NCBI RefSeq assembly: GCF_964355755.1
Contig: NC_092670.1
Span: forward strand, 37,002,388 to 37,066,387
Length of the DNA stretch: 64,000 nucleotides
Reading direction: 5' to 3'
From: Antedon mediterranea
Taxonomy: Eukaryota; Animalia; Echinodermata
Under the pieces are notes generated by a model, which searched no databases, was not told where the DNA came from, and saw only the letters and a program-made list of their open reading frames with translations. A program made the position numbers and the translations under genes. The first letter of the stretch is position 1. Each line of letters opens with the position of its first letter. This document shows, piece by piece, positions 13,053 through 25,975 of the stretch.

Positions 13053-13122
13053 GATTCGAACCCGGAACCGTCTGCTTGATATGCAGATGTCCTAACCATT
13101 AGACCACTGAGGCTTTCATGGT
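13053..13122 (-). mobile_element. tRNA-derived SINE head or tRNA pseudogene
   Basis: Minus strand GCCTCAGTGGTCTAATGG (A box), TCTGC-ATATCAA-GCAGA stem-loop, GGTTCGAATC (B box); no 3' acceptor strand. Related head at 36168-36228 (+). Confidence 0.6.
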
Positions 13123-13152
13123 ATTCATAACCCGATTGGATAGCGACTCTTA

Positions 13153-13369
13153 AGCTTGGTTCCCACTAGCAACGCAAAGTAACGCAACCTACGCAACGTA
13201 AGAAAATTCCCTTCCAATAATTGTGTTTGCCCCCGCCTGCTTGAAATCAAACCCGCAATGTTTGCAGCACTGGTGCACCGTCGGTTCCCACTTGTGATTA
13301 CGCAATACAACACTTTGCGTTGATACGTCGCTGCGTTACGTTACGTTGCGCTCTAGTGGGAACCATGCT
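13153..13369. mobile_element. PIF/Harbinger-like MITE H1b
   Basis: Same TIR as H1a with a different internal sequence; about 215 bp. Confidence 0.85.
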
Positions 13370-13518
13370 CGGCGTGGTACGGTGGAACAGCACTTGACAC
13401 CCAATTGTATTGTTTGCGTACCTTGTGCGAACAATTGAAGTAAATTCGTGCGTATCTGTTTTGTGTTGCCATTTGATTGGACTACTGTGGGTTGGCAATT
13501 ATAGTACGCACTATTTAA

Positions 13519-13725
13519 AGCGTGGTTCCCACTAGCGACGCAACGTAACGCAACCGATGCAACGTAACAAAATGCCGTTCCAATAATTGTGTTTGCCTCC
13601 GCCTGCGTAAAATCAAACCTGAGATTTTTGCAGCACTATTGCGTCGTCGGTTCCCACTTGTGATTACGCAATACAGCCCTTTGGGTCGATACGTCACTGC
13701 GTCACGTTCTAGTGGGACCCACGCT
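13519..13725. mobile_element. PIF/Harbinger-like MITE H1b
   Basis: AGCGTGGTTCCCACTAG...AGTGGGACCCACGCT. Confidence 0.85.
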
Positions 13726-13831
13726 TTACGATCGTTAAATTGTTCTTTTTATTTATTTTTGCGTATTTTTGACTTCAAGTAGTATAAACAAACTATAAAA
13801 TAACTGTACTGTGATTGTATGAGGTTAAGGA

Positions 13832-14010
13832 AGCTTGGTTCCCACTAGAACGTAACGCAAGAACGTAAACGCAACGCAAGCGTTTTAACCAATGACAAGC
13901 GAAGTTATAGACAGTTAGCAATCACAAGCGAATAAGCCATCGCTTGTGATTGGTCAATTCACTTGCGTTGCGTTACGTCCCTGCGTTGCGTCGCTAGTGG
14001 GAACCACGCT
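13832..14010. mobile_element. PIF/Harbinger-like MITE H1a (reverse orientation)
   Basis: Reverse complement of the H1a consensus, 179 bp. Confidence 0.85.
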
Positions 14011-14270
14011 TTACTAAGCAAAAAATGAAAGGAATACTGGATATGAAAATGGTATTGTCTATAGATTGTAGGTAGATGCTGAAGAAAGATTTAGATAGTG
14101 ATTGTATATTGACTACCAGAAAGCTTTTGATAGTGATTGTATATTGACTACCAGAAAGCTTTTGATAGTAATTGAGATCACAGTTTTCTATCTTTAGTCA
14201 ATTAAGAGTTTAGTTAATTACAGTCATGTAATTAAAAATATTTATGAGCACATCAACCTACACATCATAA

Positions 14271-14634
14271 AGCGTGGTTCCCACTAGCGACGAAACGTCG
14301 TAAAGCAAAACTACGCAACGTTAAAAATGCACTTCCAATCATTGTGTTTGCCCCCGCCTGCGTAAAATCAAACCGGCGATGTTTGCAGCATTTTTGCATC
14401 GTTGGTTCCCACTTGTGATTACGCAATACAGCACTTTGCGTCAATACGTCGTTGCGTTGCGTCCTAGTGGGAACCACGCTTAACACTAGCGACGCAACGT
14501 AACGCAAACGACGCAACGTAAGAAAATGCCCTTCCAATAATGGAGCGTGAAATCAAATCTGCGATGTTGTGATTACGCAATACAGCACTTTGCGTCGATA
14601 CGTCGTTGCGTTGCGTCCTAGTGGGAACCACGCT
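14271..14634. mobile_element. Two abutting H1b MITEs (14271-14480 full; 14484-14634 deleted)
   Basis: First copy has TAA on both flanks; the second starts right after that TAA. Confidence 0.8.
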
Positions 14635-15586
14635 TTACCCCAATACAAGCACGGCACATTCCATATGCTTATATTACTATTGTGTGACTATCACAGTAAT
14701 ACTAATTGTTATATGTTAGCATCGCCCAGAAACTCTTTCCCAACACAATGTTTGTCTAATAATTATTCTGTTCCGTTTCGTGTTGACTCATCATTTTGCT
14801 TGTAGCCAAAAATCAATAATCGATAACCAGAATGATATCGAATTTCTCTGGAGGTTTCCCGTAGACTATTTGCAAGCGGATTTAGATCGACACCCAAAGC
14901 AAAATGTTTTAAACTAATTCGTTCTCCTTATTATTAAAATTACATTAATTGCTATAGAGTTCTTGGTGCATCTCATTAGCTCTAACTGTTGTTCGGTTGG
15001 TCATTTCTTCATAATTTGCATATGGTACTGTCGTTTTGTTATAAACATGATCTAATTTGTTTTAATCTTCTATCCTTAATAACATTTATTCAATGATAGT
15101 ATGGTATCATTAATAAAATGTAATAGTAGGTTATAATGGTAAATAACGATTAAATAAATAACGAGTGTCACTACACTTTGAGAAAGCCAACTGATAGTGG
15201 GCGTTTGAAACGTCAGGTAAATAATCGTTATTTGCTATTATAATCTGCGGTTGAGATATAATTAACTATTACATTTTATTTGTAATTCCAACCGAATGAA
15301 TCTTTTTAATGGTTTTATTAAGATCAAGATTAGAAGTGAGTACAATACAATACAATAACGATAATAGAACACAATCATGTACTGTTTGACATTCCACTCG
15401 ATTATGTTAATATATTCGAGTGGAATGCGAGGACCATATTATATCTTTATCAGAGCATTTCCGATTATTTTTAGTCCATAACACGACGTTTGCATCCAAC
15501 GTTATTGAAGGTAGAATGTTACAATTAATGTTCAAGGCGTTTGAACGCGTCAAATGTGCGATGCTCGTGGTGTAACGCTATATTTA

Positions 15587-15793
15587 GTCGTGGTTCTCAC
15601 TAGCGACGCAACGTAACGCAATCTACGCAGTATAAGAAAACGCCCTTCCAATAATTGTGTTTTCCCCCGCCTGCGTGAAATCAACCCTGCGATGTTTGCA
15701 GGACGGTTGTGTCGTCTGTTCCCACTTTGATTACGCAATAGAGCACTTTGCGTCGGAACGTCGCTGCGTTGCGTTCTAGTGGGAACCTCGCCT
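15587..15793. mobile_element. PIF/Harbinger-like MITE H1b (diverged)
   Basis: GTGGTTCTCACTAGCGACGC...CTAGTGGGAACCTCGCC. Confidence 0.75.
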
Positions 15794-16965
15794 TAAGCCG
15801 AGCATAACATTTCGTAAAATAATAGAAAACCAAGTCCCTCTAATACCAAAGATCGTTGACCGATGATTTTATTTCAATCTATTATTGATAAAATATACTT
15901 TTGAAACTGTTGCCATGGTTATACTATACTGTATTCTTGATTAGTTTTTAAATATGAAGTACGTCAGCAGAATTAAAGTTGAGACACATGAAACATAATA
16001 GCAGTTTCAATCTTTCCGTATTTTATTGTATTTACGTTTAATTCATGTGCATTTGTGAAATAACAAACTAACCATGTTTGTCTGCATCTACACATTCATT
16101 CACAATCCACAATCCACAAAAAAAAAAAACATTTACAAAATTTAATAGTAAACCAAAAGAAACGAGTGCTTGTCAGTTTGGTATCCATTTAAATGCATTT
16201 AAATGTACGGTACATACATGCCAGGCAACGTTCAACAACAATTATGTATTAAAAAAACATCATGGGTCGCTGACGACCGGTCATCACCTCCGGTGGGGTA
16301 CTCCCCTCTGTGGGGAAAAGGAGAAATTCCCCTCTACTTTAATAGTGCGGGAATACACATTTTCTATCCTTTATTTAGATTATTATTTCATCGTTTTACT
16401 GTCTGCGGACTATACTTACGACTGCGCATTATTTCTGCTATCAATTGTTATGTGTATGCCACTGCGCATGCTTGTTATGGCTATCTGTTTAGAGAAATCG
16501 TCTGCCTGTATTTTGATTATGATATGACGTTGCATACTGGTGTTCGTTTAGTGGAATTTTAGCGCATTATTGTGCTGTTAGATAATATACTGCTTTGGTC
16601 ACCGTCGTCTGGTCTTTTAAATGGCCTATCTGTCGGTCGGCTGGTCGGTAAACACTAACTTTATATGGCCTTGTCTTGATATCAGTTTCATCTAGCTAAG
16701 TCAATTTTGTACAGTGTATTCCTTATGGCCAGGAATCGATGAGGTTATGTTTTCACAATGCGTAATAAAAAATTACGCGGTCTACGCACGAATTAACGAA
16801 ATCACGTTTGTAATTATATCTTCACAAGCATGAATCACAATTAAATAAAAATTAGTACTCATAAATTTCAGGTCATATTTATCGCAAGTTATCTATAAGA
16901 TATCGTATATTAAAAGTATCTAATACAGCCAGACTCGTTTATAGATCACTTACGGCAGTCAGTAA

Positions 16966-17144
16966 AGCGTGGTTCCCACTAGCGACGCAACACAAGGACG
17001 TAACGCAACGCAAGTGAATTGACCAATCACAAGCGATGGCTTATTCGCTTGTGATTGCTAACTGTCTATAACTTCGCTTGTCATTGGTTAAAACGCTTGC
17101 GTTGCGTTTACGTCCTTGCGTTACGTTATAGTGGGAACCAAGCT
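16966..17144. mobile_element. PIF/Harbinger-like MITE H1a
   Basis: Full 179-bp copy followed directly by a partial H2 MITE. Confidence 0.85.
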
Positions 17145-17339
17145 TACAGCTCTGTCTACACTATCAAACTATTTTGCCAAAAAAAAGTGTGATATGCCCA
17201 AATATGGTAGTGATATGTAGTGATCGGATATTTATCATTTGTATTATTAGCGTCGTCACTGTCATGACGTCATTGATGACCTGCATTTTTGTCGTCGTGT
17301 TCGTTATTTTTACTATCAACGCACACACACTATTTTAAA

Positions 17340-17598
17340 AGATCTATTGTCCCCCAGAAACATAAATGAAATAAGATAAGATAGATATTTCACTTATGAA
17401 AAGACAAAAGAAACGGTTAATTTGAACCAAACACCATTGTCTGGCAGAAAATTTAAGTATATTTTGCTTTAAATTACATTTTTTTAGGTACTTTTTTTTT
17501 AGATCCAGTGTTTGGTGAAAGTGAATGAATGTTATGTGTTAAAATGCCATATTCAACAACAAATTTGTACAAATATTTTTTATGGGGACAATATATCT
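17340..17598. mobile_element. Kolobok-like K1 element (reverse)
   Basis: AGATCTATTGTCCCC...GGGGACAATATATCT|TTAA; homologous to 2283-2591. Confidence 0.6.
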
Positions 17599-17602
17599 TT
17601 AA

Positions 17603-17781
17603 AGCGTGGTTCCCACTAGCGACGCAACACAAGGACGTAACGCAACGCAAGTGAATTGACCAATCACAAGCGATGGCTTATTCGCTTGTGATTGCTAACT
17701 GTCTATAACTTCGCTTGTCATTGGTTAAAACGCTTGCATTGCGTTTACATCCTTGCGTTACGTTCTAGTGGGAACCAAGCT
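17603..17781. mobile_element. PIF/Harbinger-like MITE H1a
   Basis: Full copy sitting at the TTAA flank of the K1 element. Confidence 0.85.
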
Positions 17782-18909
17782 TTAGTATGCATTCGTTGAC
17801 ATATTATCACAAACATTAAAATTATGAAAACGCACTCTCAATAATCCAATAAAAATATGTGAAGAAAAGCAAGTTAACGTTCAATTAAATCAGCATATAA
17901 CATGCTCTGGCAGACCTGTGTCACCCTAGGGACGTGTTATATGGCTATGATCAATATACAACTGACGCAAACAATATTAATGTTGTCAATGTTATTAAGA
18001 ATAATGACTATTGTAAAGCGTATAATGAAATAATCAATGCAGTAATTAATTAGTAATTTGTTAATTGATTATTTAAAAAATTGTATCATGACATTTTGTG
18101 GCCGCGTAGCAGCTGTGAAGTTATGATTTAAATTGATGAGATGTTCGTACGCGCGCCTTGATTTCAAAAAAATAAAAATATGAATGGGTTGTTGACGCCA
18201 TGTTTTAACATTAATGCTATTGCCTTGATTTAAAAAAAAGAAAAATATATATATATTGGTTGATCTGGAGCGCAGTAATCCTGTTTTAATGGTTTTATTT
18301 TATTATTTAGCAGCTCTTAATTGTAAGTGTACTACTTTTTGTTCTTAAAAAATACTAACAAATTAAGAATTTACATGTAGCCCTACTGGTGAAGCGCAGC
18401 AATCTCTAATTTTTTTTTTGCACAGTTTGAAATGTTTGCTCATGAGTTTACCGTCCTTTTTTTTATAGAATATTTTTATACGCTCAAATCATCTGCTAAC
18501 TTCCTATACCGTTAATGTCTGCGGCGTTTTATCTGGCAATAACCACCCAATAGACGAATTACCATGATGATTCATCTTTAATTCCATTGCTAAGTATTAA
18601 ATGTACGAGAAACTATACAATTGTGAAATTATGCAAACTTCTGTGTAAATTTAGATACATCAGGTGTGCGGTTAAATTGTGAATTAACATGTAACAATAT
18701 GCAGTCGAGGATTTTACTACTTAATTCCGACAGTCGTACGTCGAGGATAGCTGACATTATAAGTCTTGTGTTCTACATTTTAAAAATACATTATGGGAGT
18801 GATGTCGATATGCGAAGTAATGGCTTTGTATTTGGTTAAGGATTGGGCGGTTTTGTGATGTGAGAATGATTATGTAATAATAGATGTTTGTATTGCTGCT
18901 GAGAAAGCA

Positions 18910-19195
18910 GATGGTGATTCAGAATATGATAACGAGGAGGATGATGATAATGATTATGATGACGATGAGGAGGATGATAATGATTATGATGACGATGAGG
19001 AGGATGATAACGATTATGATGACGATGATGAGGATGATGATTATGATGGAGATTATGAGGATGATACTGAGTATGATGACGATGATGAGCATGATAATGA
19101 TTATGATGACGATGATCATGATGATGATGATAATAATTATGATGACGATGATGAGGATGGTAATGACGATGATGATAATGATGACGATAATGATG
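18910..19195. repeat. Degenerate (GAT)n repeat with a 30-bp higher-order unit
   Basis: Unit GAGGAGGATGATAATGATTATGATGACGAT; reads as poly-Asp/Glu in one + frame (see findings). Confidence 0.85.
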
Positions 19196-21569
19196 TTACT
19201 ACTGTAACCCGGACCTTGGGATTGGAAGACACGCACGAAGAATAGTTGAGGATGATAATTTAAATGATTGCATTGTCTCTGTGTATCACTAACCACCAAG
19301 TGTTTGAATATTAATTAGCAATAAGACGTCACTAATTATTTAGGCGGCTGAAAGTTAATGGCATAAACTAAACGGAATGTAACCTTTGACCTGGTATGTC
19401 AGGTTAATATATTATTCTGTTCCTTCTGTTTGGCTTTGATTTATCTGGATATCATGCATTTCAAATTAAATAATAAAATACTTTACGATAAAACTTATTT
19501 GACATAATTAATTTTGATTATTGAGATAATGAGAATTTGTTAATTCAATTCAGCAAACATGTATTTCATCAAATGCCATAATGATAATACACAGCATAAA
19601 CTTGTCTCAGTTGACCCTATAATTTGACTAAATGACAATAATGTCAATGTTAATATAATCATGACATCATTAATCATTATTATATTTTTATATAACATCC
19701 CATTGTCAAAATTTAGATCGAATCGTTTTGTATGTATGTTTTAAAACGTTAATTAAGCTATATACATATCTACGACGAGGATTCGATGTAATTTGAAAAA
19801 TGTTTTAATTGGTTTTGATGTTTCCCTGTACGAAATAAAATTATACGTCTCCCTAAACCCCTGTCTACATTATCAAACTTCATGTGACAAAAGTGTGATG
19901 TACCCAAATATGGTAGTGATATGTTTAAATATAGTAGTAATATGACATCATCATGTCCATGGTAGTGATATGCATAAATACGGTAGTGATATGACATCAT
20001 CATGTCCATATGTGGGCACATGAAGTTTGATAGTGTAGAGAGTTTTAGTCTGATGCACGTAGTCCATTTTAACATAACTCTTTCCGTAACAGACTAACTT
20101 CGTAATTTGCAATTTATTTGCATAATTACGAGCCTTTAGCTTCCTCTAATAATCACAACATTTTTTTTCTTCTTCAGAATATTAAAACTGAACAACATGC
20201 AACCAATAATGATAATTAAGTTTCTAATAAAAATGGCCATGAACATTATTGCTGACGTAGAATGCCTATTCACACTTGTCCTGAACTGCTTCCGAAAATA
20301 AATACGGCAGCCATTTTATATTATGATTGATGGCTAGCTTCGCAATACAAATAATATCCACGCGACGGTTCGGCTTTATCAGACGAGACCTGAATAATGA
20401 GGCTCACGACTCACGAGTGTGCGGTATAGAGTTAATTACGTATTCATTTTATTTGCTATTACCAATGCCAAATTTTTCATTATTCCGTACATTAATTGGT
20501 TACTGCAAACCGCAATTTCATAGAAATTCATTGAATGAGTGTACAAACAAAACAAAGACGTTCAACATCGATTTTTTTTAAAGAAATTAAATCACGATTG
20601 GTAGTTAAAATTCAATTCCTATAGGAATCCAAAATTAGATCGTCACAGTTACTTAGGTGTGTGACGCATTATAGGTGTTTGTACACTGTGTTTGTACACT
20701 GTGTTTGGAACTCTTGTGTAACGCGTTTAATATGAAAAAAAACACTTGTAAAGTTGTTTTACATGATGAGTTACGCTGATACTGTATTATGATGCTTATG
20801 TAACCGCGGATTTGCCATCGAACGTGTTAATTTTTAGGAAGAAACAATTTACTGAAAACTTTTGCATTGCATAATGCTTATCCTGCTAAATCCTATATAT
20901 ATAACTTTAAATATGTATTGTCCCCTTGAAAAATAATTTTTATATGTTTTTTATTTACCTGAAAAATACTGTAATTTAACTCAAAACATTGTCAAATTGG
21001 CTGCCAGACAATGGATTTTTGGTTGAATTTTACCATTTATTTTGTTATTTTATAAGTGAAAGCATTATTTTGGGGTTTTTTTCTACGGATGTGATTAGGC
21101 CTAACTTTATTAAAACTACAAAATAACATATTCAAAGTCTGATTTAAGTAATCTTCATTGTTCATGTTTTTTCATCGTTAAGTTATACATTTATTTTTGC
21201 GATCGTTATTTAGAAACATAATCGGGAAAATCGCTGTTCGTTGGATTGCCATTCAAAGGAAGGTTGTTTCCAAAAATGTGGCTTAAATGAAGAAAAAAAA
21301 AATTATAATGCAACAGTACAGGAATTATTTATTTAAACGTATGCCAGCAATATTCATTTAAAAAGGAATAGATATCTATAATTAACATAAAGGCTACATT
21401 AGTCTAATTAAATAGGATATGTTCTGGTTAGTATCCATGGTAATGTACAACAAAACAAAAACATAATTGCTTTTGCTGATAAACCCATTATACACAGACT
21501 TAAGAATGAAGTTTAATGGAATGAGACGAGCTCTGAATTGCTCAGCGATAACACTGAAATAGATAATAT

Positions 21570-21830
21570 TATATAACACCTAAATAGATTCCTGTCATTT
21601 GATTGGACGATTGTAGGTCACTAGCGTGCAATAGTACGCAATATGTTTTTTGTTTGGTATATTTACCAATATTGAAACATAACCTTTTATCATTCACCTC
21701 ATGCCATGATTTGTATCATTACACTCATAAACATTCATTATTTATATATAACACCTAATTCCTGTCATTTGATTGGACGATTGTGGGTCAAATGGCGTGC
21801 AATAGTACGCTCTATTATATATACTATAGG
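21570..21830. repeat. Fragments of the hairpin-type interspersed element also found at 61911-62225
   Basis: TATAACACCT...ATTCCTGTCATTTGATTGGACGA...GCAATAGTACGC occurs twice here and as its reverse complement at 62150-62225. Confidence 0.65.
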
Positions 21831-22959
21831 CCTACACTTGTCAAATAATGTGAGGGAGAAAAAATCTAAATCGAAGCCCTTCGGTGTTGTGTGAATATGT
21901 GCATGCGATCGGGTGTAACGGTGAATATGAATTATACCGATACGAGAGATGAATATGAAGACACACAAATCATTAGAATGTGTCGGCGGCTCTGTGAAGT
22001 TTCCGCTTTTTCATTGTACGTGGTCTAGGAAGCCATCACAACGTAGATTCGATTGTACACATGCGTAGATTTGTCTTGTGCCGCTTAGTCAGTTACTACC
22101 TGTATAGCATAATGAATTCCATGTGAGTTAATCTTCTCACGGATTATTTAACATTTTTTCAAATAATTTAATCGCGGAAGTATTCCTCAATGATTATGAT
22201 TTTGAGCAAAATGTATTATAATATTTTCAATATAAACCATGTTTTATAAACCAAAACTAAAAATGAATGATTAAATAAGCTTATTCATTCTAGCTCCTTC
22301 ACATCATGCATGGAGGAAATATGCAGGTTCGAATCCCGCCAGAGACATTTTTTCATACAACTAAAAAAATACGGAACTTTCGCCAATGAGCTATGCTCGA
22401 CGCGATTATGAGATCATGTTCCGAATATGAGCACTGTTTCTATAATTTACAGTATGATTTATATATATATATATATATATATGTTCACATTAACCAGTAT
22501 TCTCTCCAAAAAAACAGAAAAGGTATACAGGCCTACATTTGTTTGTAAATATAATTCGCAATTCAGCCTCCGGGCTGCCATTTTGTATATGTTATATACT
22601 ATTTTGTTTTTATTGAATATATACAATTATGAATGAATGTGAATGTGAATGAATTCCTATGACTGTAGCTAGCAGTGGCTACAAAAGACCTCGTCTCTAT
22701 CAAGCTAAATGTATGCGATTTTTAAACAGTACGGCCCGCCATACTTGTGTTGCTGGCGACTCGACTGTGTGCACATTATTAACAGCGTTATTTGCACGGT
22801 TCGCCGCAATACTCCCAGCAATCATACAATATGTTATATTCTCAAATCATATTAAATATTCAATGTGGACAAACATTATTAACTGATTATACAAGCCGAT
22901 GGAATGCGAGGGATCACGTTTCACTTGCACTTTCATCAGGAAAAAACAAGAACATTTCT

Positions 22960-23440
22960 TTTAGAGGAGAGGAGAAGTTGCAATTTCGGTTTGTTTAAAC
23001 GTTCACCATTCGAAACTTGACAATCAACGTTGGTATTTGATTCGGTTTGTTTTACGTTTATCATCTACACTTGACGATCAATGTTAACGTATTGGATGTA
23101 GAATCTCGTGCATCGATCCGTTGGGAGGGAAGGGAAGTTGCCAGTTCGGTTTGATTTTACGGTCATCATCCGAAACTTGACAATCAACATTGACATTGGA
23201 TGTAGATTCGCGTGAATCGATCCGTTGGGAGGGGAAGTTGCCAATTCAGTTTGTGTTTACGTTCATCATCCAAAACTTGACGATCAATGTTAAGGTATTG
23301 GATGTAGATTCACGTGCATCGATACGGTGAGAGTGAAGGAGAAGTTGCCAATTCGGTTTGGTTTTACGTTCATTGTGTTATACTGGGTATTTGGTGTAGA
23401 TTCGCGTGCCGTAGATTAGAGGGGAGATTGCAAGTTGTTT
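22960..23440. repeat. Degenerate tandem repeat, unit about 110-120 bp, 4-5 copies
   Basis: Recurring GAAGTTGCCAATTCGGTTTG...TTTACGTTCATCATC...ACTTGAC.ATCAA...ATTGGATGTAGATTC.CGTG. Confidence 0.75.
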
Positions 23441-23685
23441 TAAACTGTCAGTGATTGTTATGACAACCCCAAAGGCAACTCGAAAACATGTAAATGGTAA
23501 ATAATCGATTAGTTACAATTACATTTAATATTTTAATTATTTTAATCAACAGACGTGGTACCCGGTATAAATAATTCGTGATTGGCATACTGTTGATTGT
23601 AAAGAGTAAACCACGGCAATTCAATACCTAACAGGTTATTTCCATGAAAGACTTCGTCAAATGACGTAAAAACTAGTTAGCATAA

Positions 23686-23860
23686 AGCGTGGTTCCCACT
23701 AGCGACGCAAAGGACGTAACGCAACGCAAGTGAATTGACCAATCACAAGCGATGGCTTATTCGCTTGTGATTGCTAACTGTCTATAACTTCGCTTGTCAT
23801 TGGTTAAAACGCTTGCGTTGCGTTTACGTCCTTGCGTTACGTTCTAGTGGCAACCAAGCT
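23686..23860. mobile_element. PIF/Harbinger-like MITE H1a
   Basis: Near-full copy. Confidence 0.85.
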
Positions 23861-24390
23861 TTAGTATAATATGGATCTCTTTACATCACGTGATGATGCT
23901 ATTCATTTCACTCAAAACATAATTTCTGTCACAGCTTAAACACTGGAGGAAATGCAATGAACAATAACAAAAACACAGGTGTACTTCGTTGACCTTCTTC
24001 TTCCATGAATAATATATGAGGTTCATTATAAAGGACGAGTTTAATTAACAAGCAATTCATAGTGGCTAAGGAAGATTTGGCGGACTTGGCTTGCCATACT
24101 AGAGCGCATATGTTTCCGTACGTTTTCGTGCATCGGTTTTCGCTCAAAATGTATGAAAATGGTTGCTTTCGATCTATGTATATTATAATACAGTGTTAAT
24201 ATTTATGTACACTTGCCTGTGTAACATGTGTGACAAACAAACAAACAATGGACAATCATTTTGCAGCTGAATTCAAGACGACGTCATTGAGAGTTCTCGA
24301 TTAATTATCAATCCACATAATACACGCATTCAGAGTACCGTGGTGTTTGGGGAAATAGCTATACCAATCATTGTGCTCAATAAACATTAA

Positions 24391-24939
24391 AGGCCAGGTG
24401 CGTGCAAAAAATGCTATTGATCATACATTGCAATAATTATCGATCTATAGTTTCCCCATGTTTCATAATTTTTGGGATTTTATTTGTGTTACACAAGCTT
24501 GTTGAAAATAAGCACTTTCTTATCAGTGGGGGATAGTTCAAATTACACAGTAAAATCTCTATAATTCTATGTTGTAGAGAGGCAAAATAAACGGTGTGGT
24601 AAAAAAATGTTATCAGATGACTAATTATAGGTAATATAGGCCTAACTTTAATTTTAAGTTTCTGGTATTTTTATTCAATTTCAGAGTTTTATTTTCATGC
24701 TATAGCAAAAATTATCCACCGTATAACCACCATCTTTTTCACCTTCTAGGGAGTCACCAGACATTATTACATTGGGTTAAACTACCTAACTACTGAAAAA
24801 AGTCTCTTTTTTTGCCAAGTTTTGTATTTGACCATTTTAAGAGAAATTCATGTTTTTTCGTCTTGATTTCTATTACAAATATTTGATGAAATGTACAATA
24901 CCAGATATTATATTTAAAATTCATGCCTGTACCTGAGCT
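24391..24939. mobile_element. Kolobok-like K2 element
   Basis: TTAA flanks; collinear with 6500-7071. Confidence 0.75.
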
Positions 24940-25920
24940 TTAAGAAGAAAATAAAGAGTATTGACTGTGTAACAATTCCCAAGAGTTGACGATGATATTA
25001 CTAGATTTCCCATTAGAACAATTCCATGATACCTGTGTTTTGGTTGTAATTAATATAGGGTTAGTGTTTTAATGAGTTGATGGTCCAACCGCTGTTTCTC
25101 TTAGGAACTGAAATCCAATTCAGATAATTGGCTCATTATTTGATCATTAGACTAATACAACTGATGCGTAGAGTGACGTCACGATGTAAATTTGTTTTTT
25201 TACATTACGTAACATTGATTTTTTTTTTCAGCCTCAATGGAAATAAGAGTAATTTACACGGCAAGAACAACATTAATTATTATTACTTTATGTGTTGACA
25301 ACTGTAATAATTTAACTATGTTTATCATTATCGTAGGCCTATTAAATTCAAGTGATAGGCATTTTTATTTGATAATACCAAAACATGAATTTTAATTAAG
25401 TTTGAACAATTTGACAAATGTGGTTTGCTAAAAAATGTATTATCTTATTTATTATTTATTTTATTATTTCCATCATAATGTTACGCTATTCGTCTTAATT
25501 TTGGTTCAGATAAGATTCCTAGGTGGACTACGGTATTAAAATACAATACAAAAGTATCTACAAGAAGGTATTTACATTTAATAGATTACAGTACAGTATT
25601 GGTTAATTTCAAATGTGTATCAATAATTACTTTTAAACATCTAGGCCTACTATAAAACAGACAAAAATTAGGCCATGCTAGACTTATAGACTATGGAAGG
25701 CCTCCTGTAGATATGATTGGATTCATGTTGTTTATTTATTGTAATCAAAGTTGGTCCTACATTTAAAAAATTACACAAAGATTTTATTTGTACAATATTC
25801 GGCCTTTTTGGCTTACCTATTCGGGAACAGAAGAAGACTTCTGTGAGTTCTTGGCACATTATCAAGCATTTGCTGTTTGTTTATAGGCTTAAATTCTATT
25901 CTCAATTTTGTCCAAGTACT

Positions 25921-25975
25921 TGCACTGATGAAGGGCTAGTGTTGCCCGAAAGCTCCTCTTATTTAGCTTTTTGCT
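25921..25975 (+). ncRNA. Minimal hammerhead-ribozyme-like motif of the Penelope-associated type (probably degenerate)
   Basis: CTGATGA (25925-31), A, GGGC-TAGTGTT-GCCC, GAAA (25948-51), GCTC. Stem II and the palindromic AGCT are present; stem I pairs poorly. Confidence 0.45.

Noticed and set aside
13053-13122. Possible tRNA gene
   Set aside because: No 3' acceptor strand, and a second decayed copy shares its 5' flank, indicating a SINE head.
16078-16562. Overlapping 149-aa and 119-aa ORFs and a CTGACGA-CCGG..CCGG hairpin
   Set aside because: No recognisable domain or splice support; the hairpin lacks the GAAA needed for a hammerhead.
18884-19299. Met-rich and Ile-rich ORFs in the track
   Set aside because: Alternative frames of the (GAT)n repeat.
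23929-24147. Minus-strand ORF with a hydrophobic end (possible signal exon)
   Set aside because: Ends in a stop with no usable donor and no homology.
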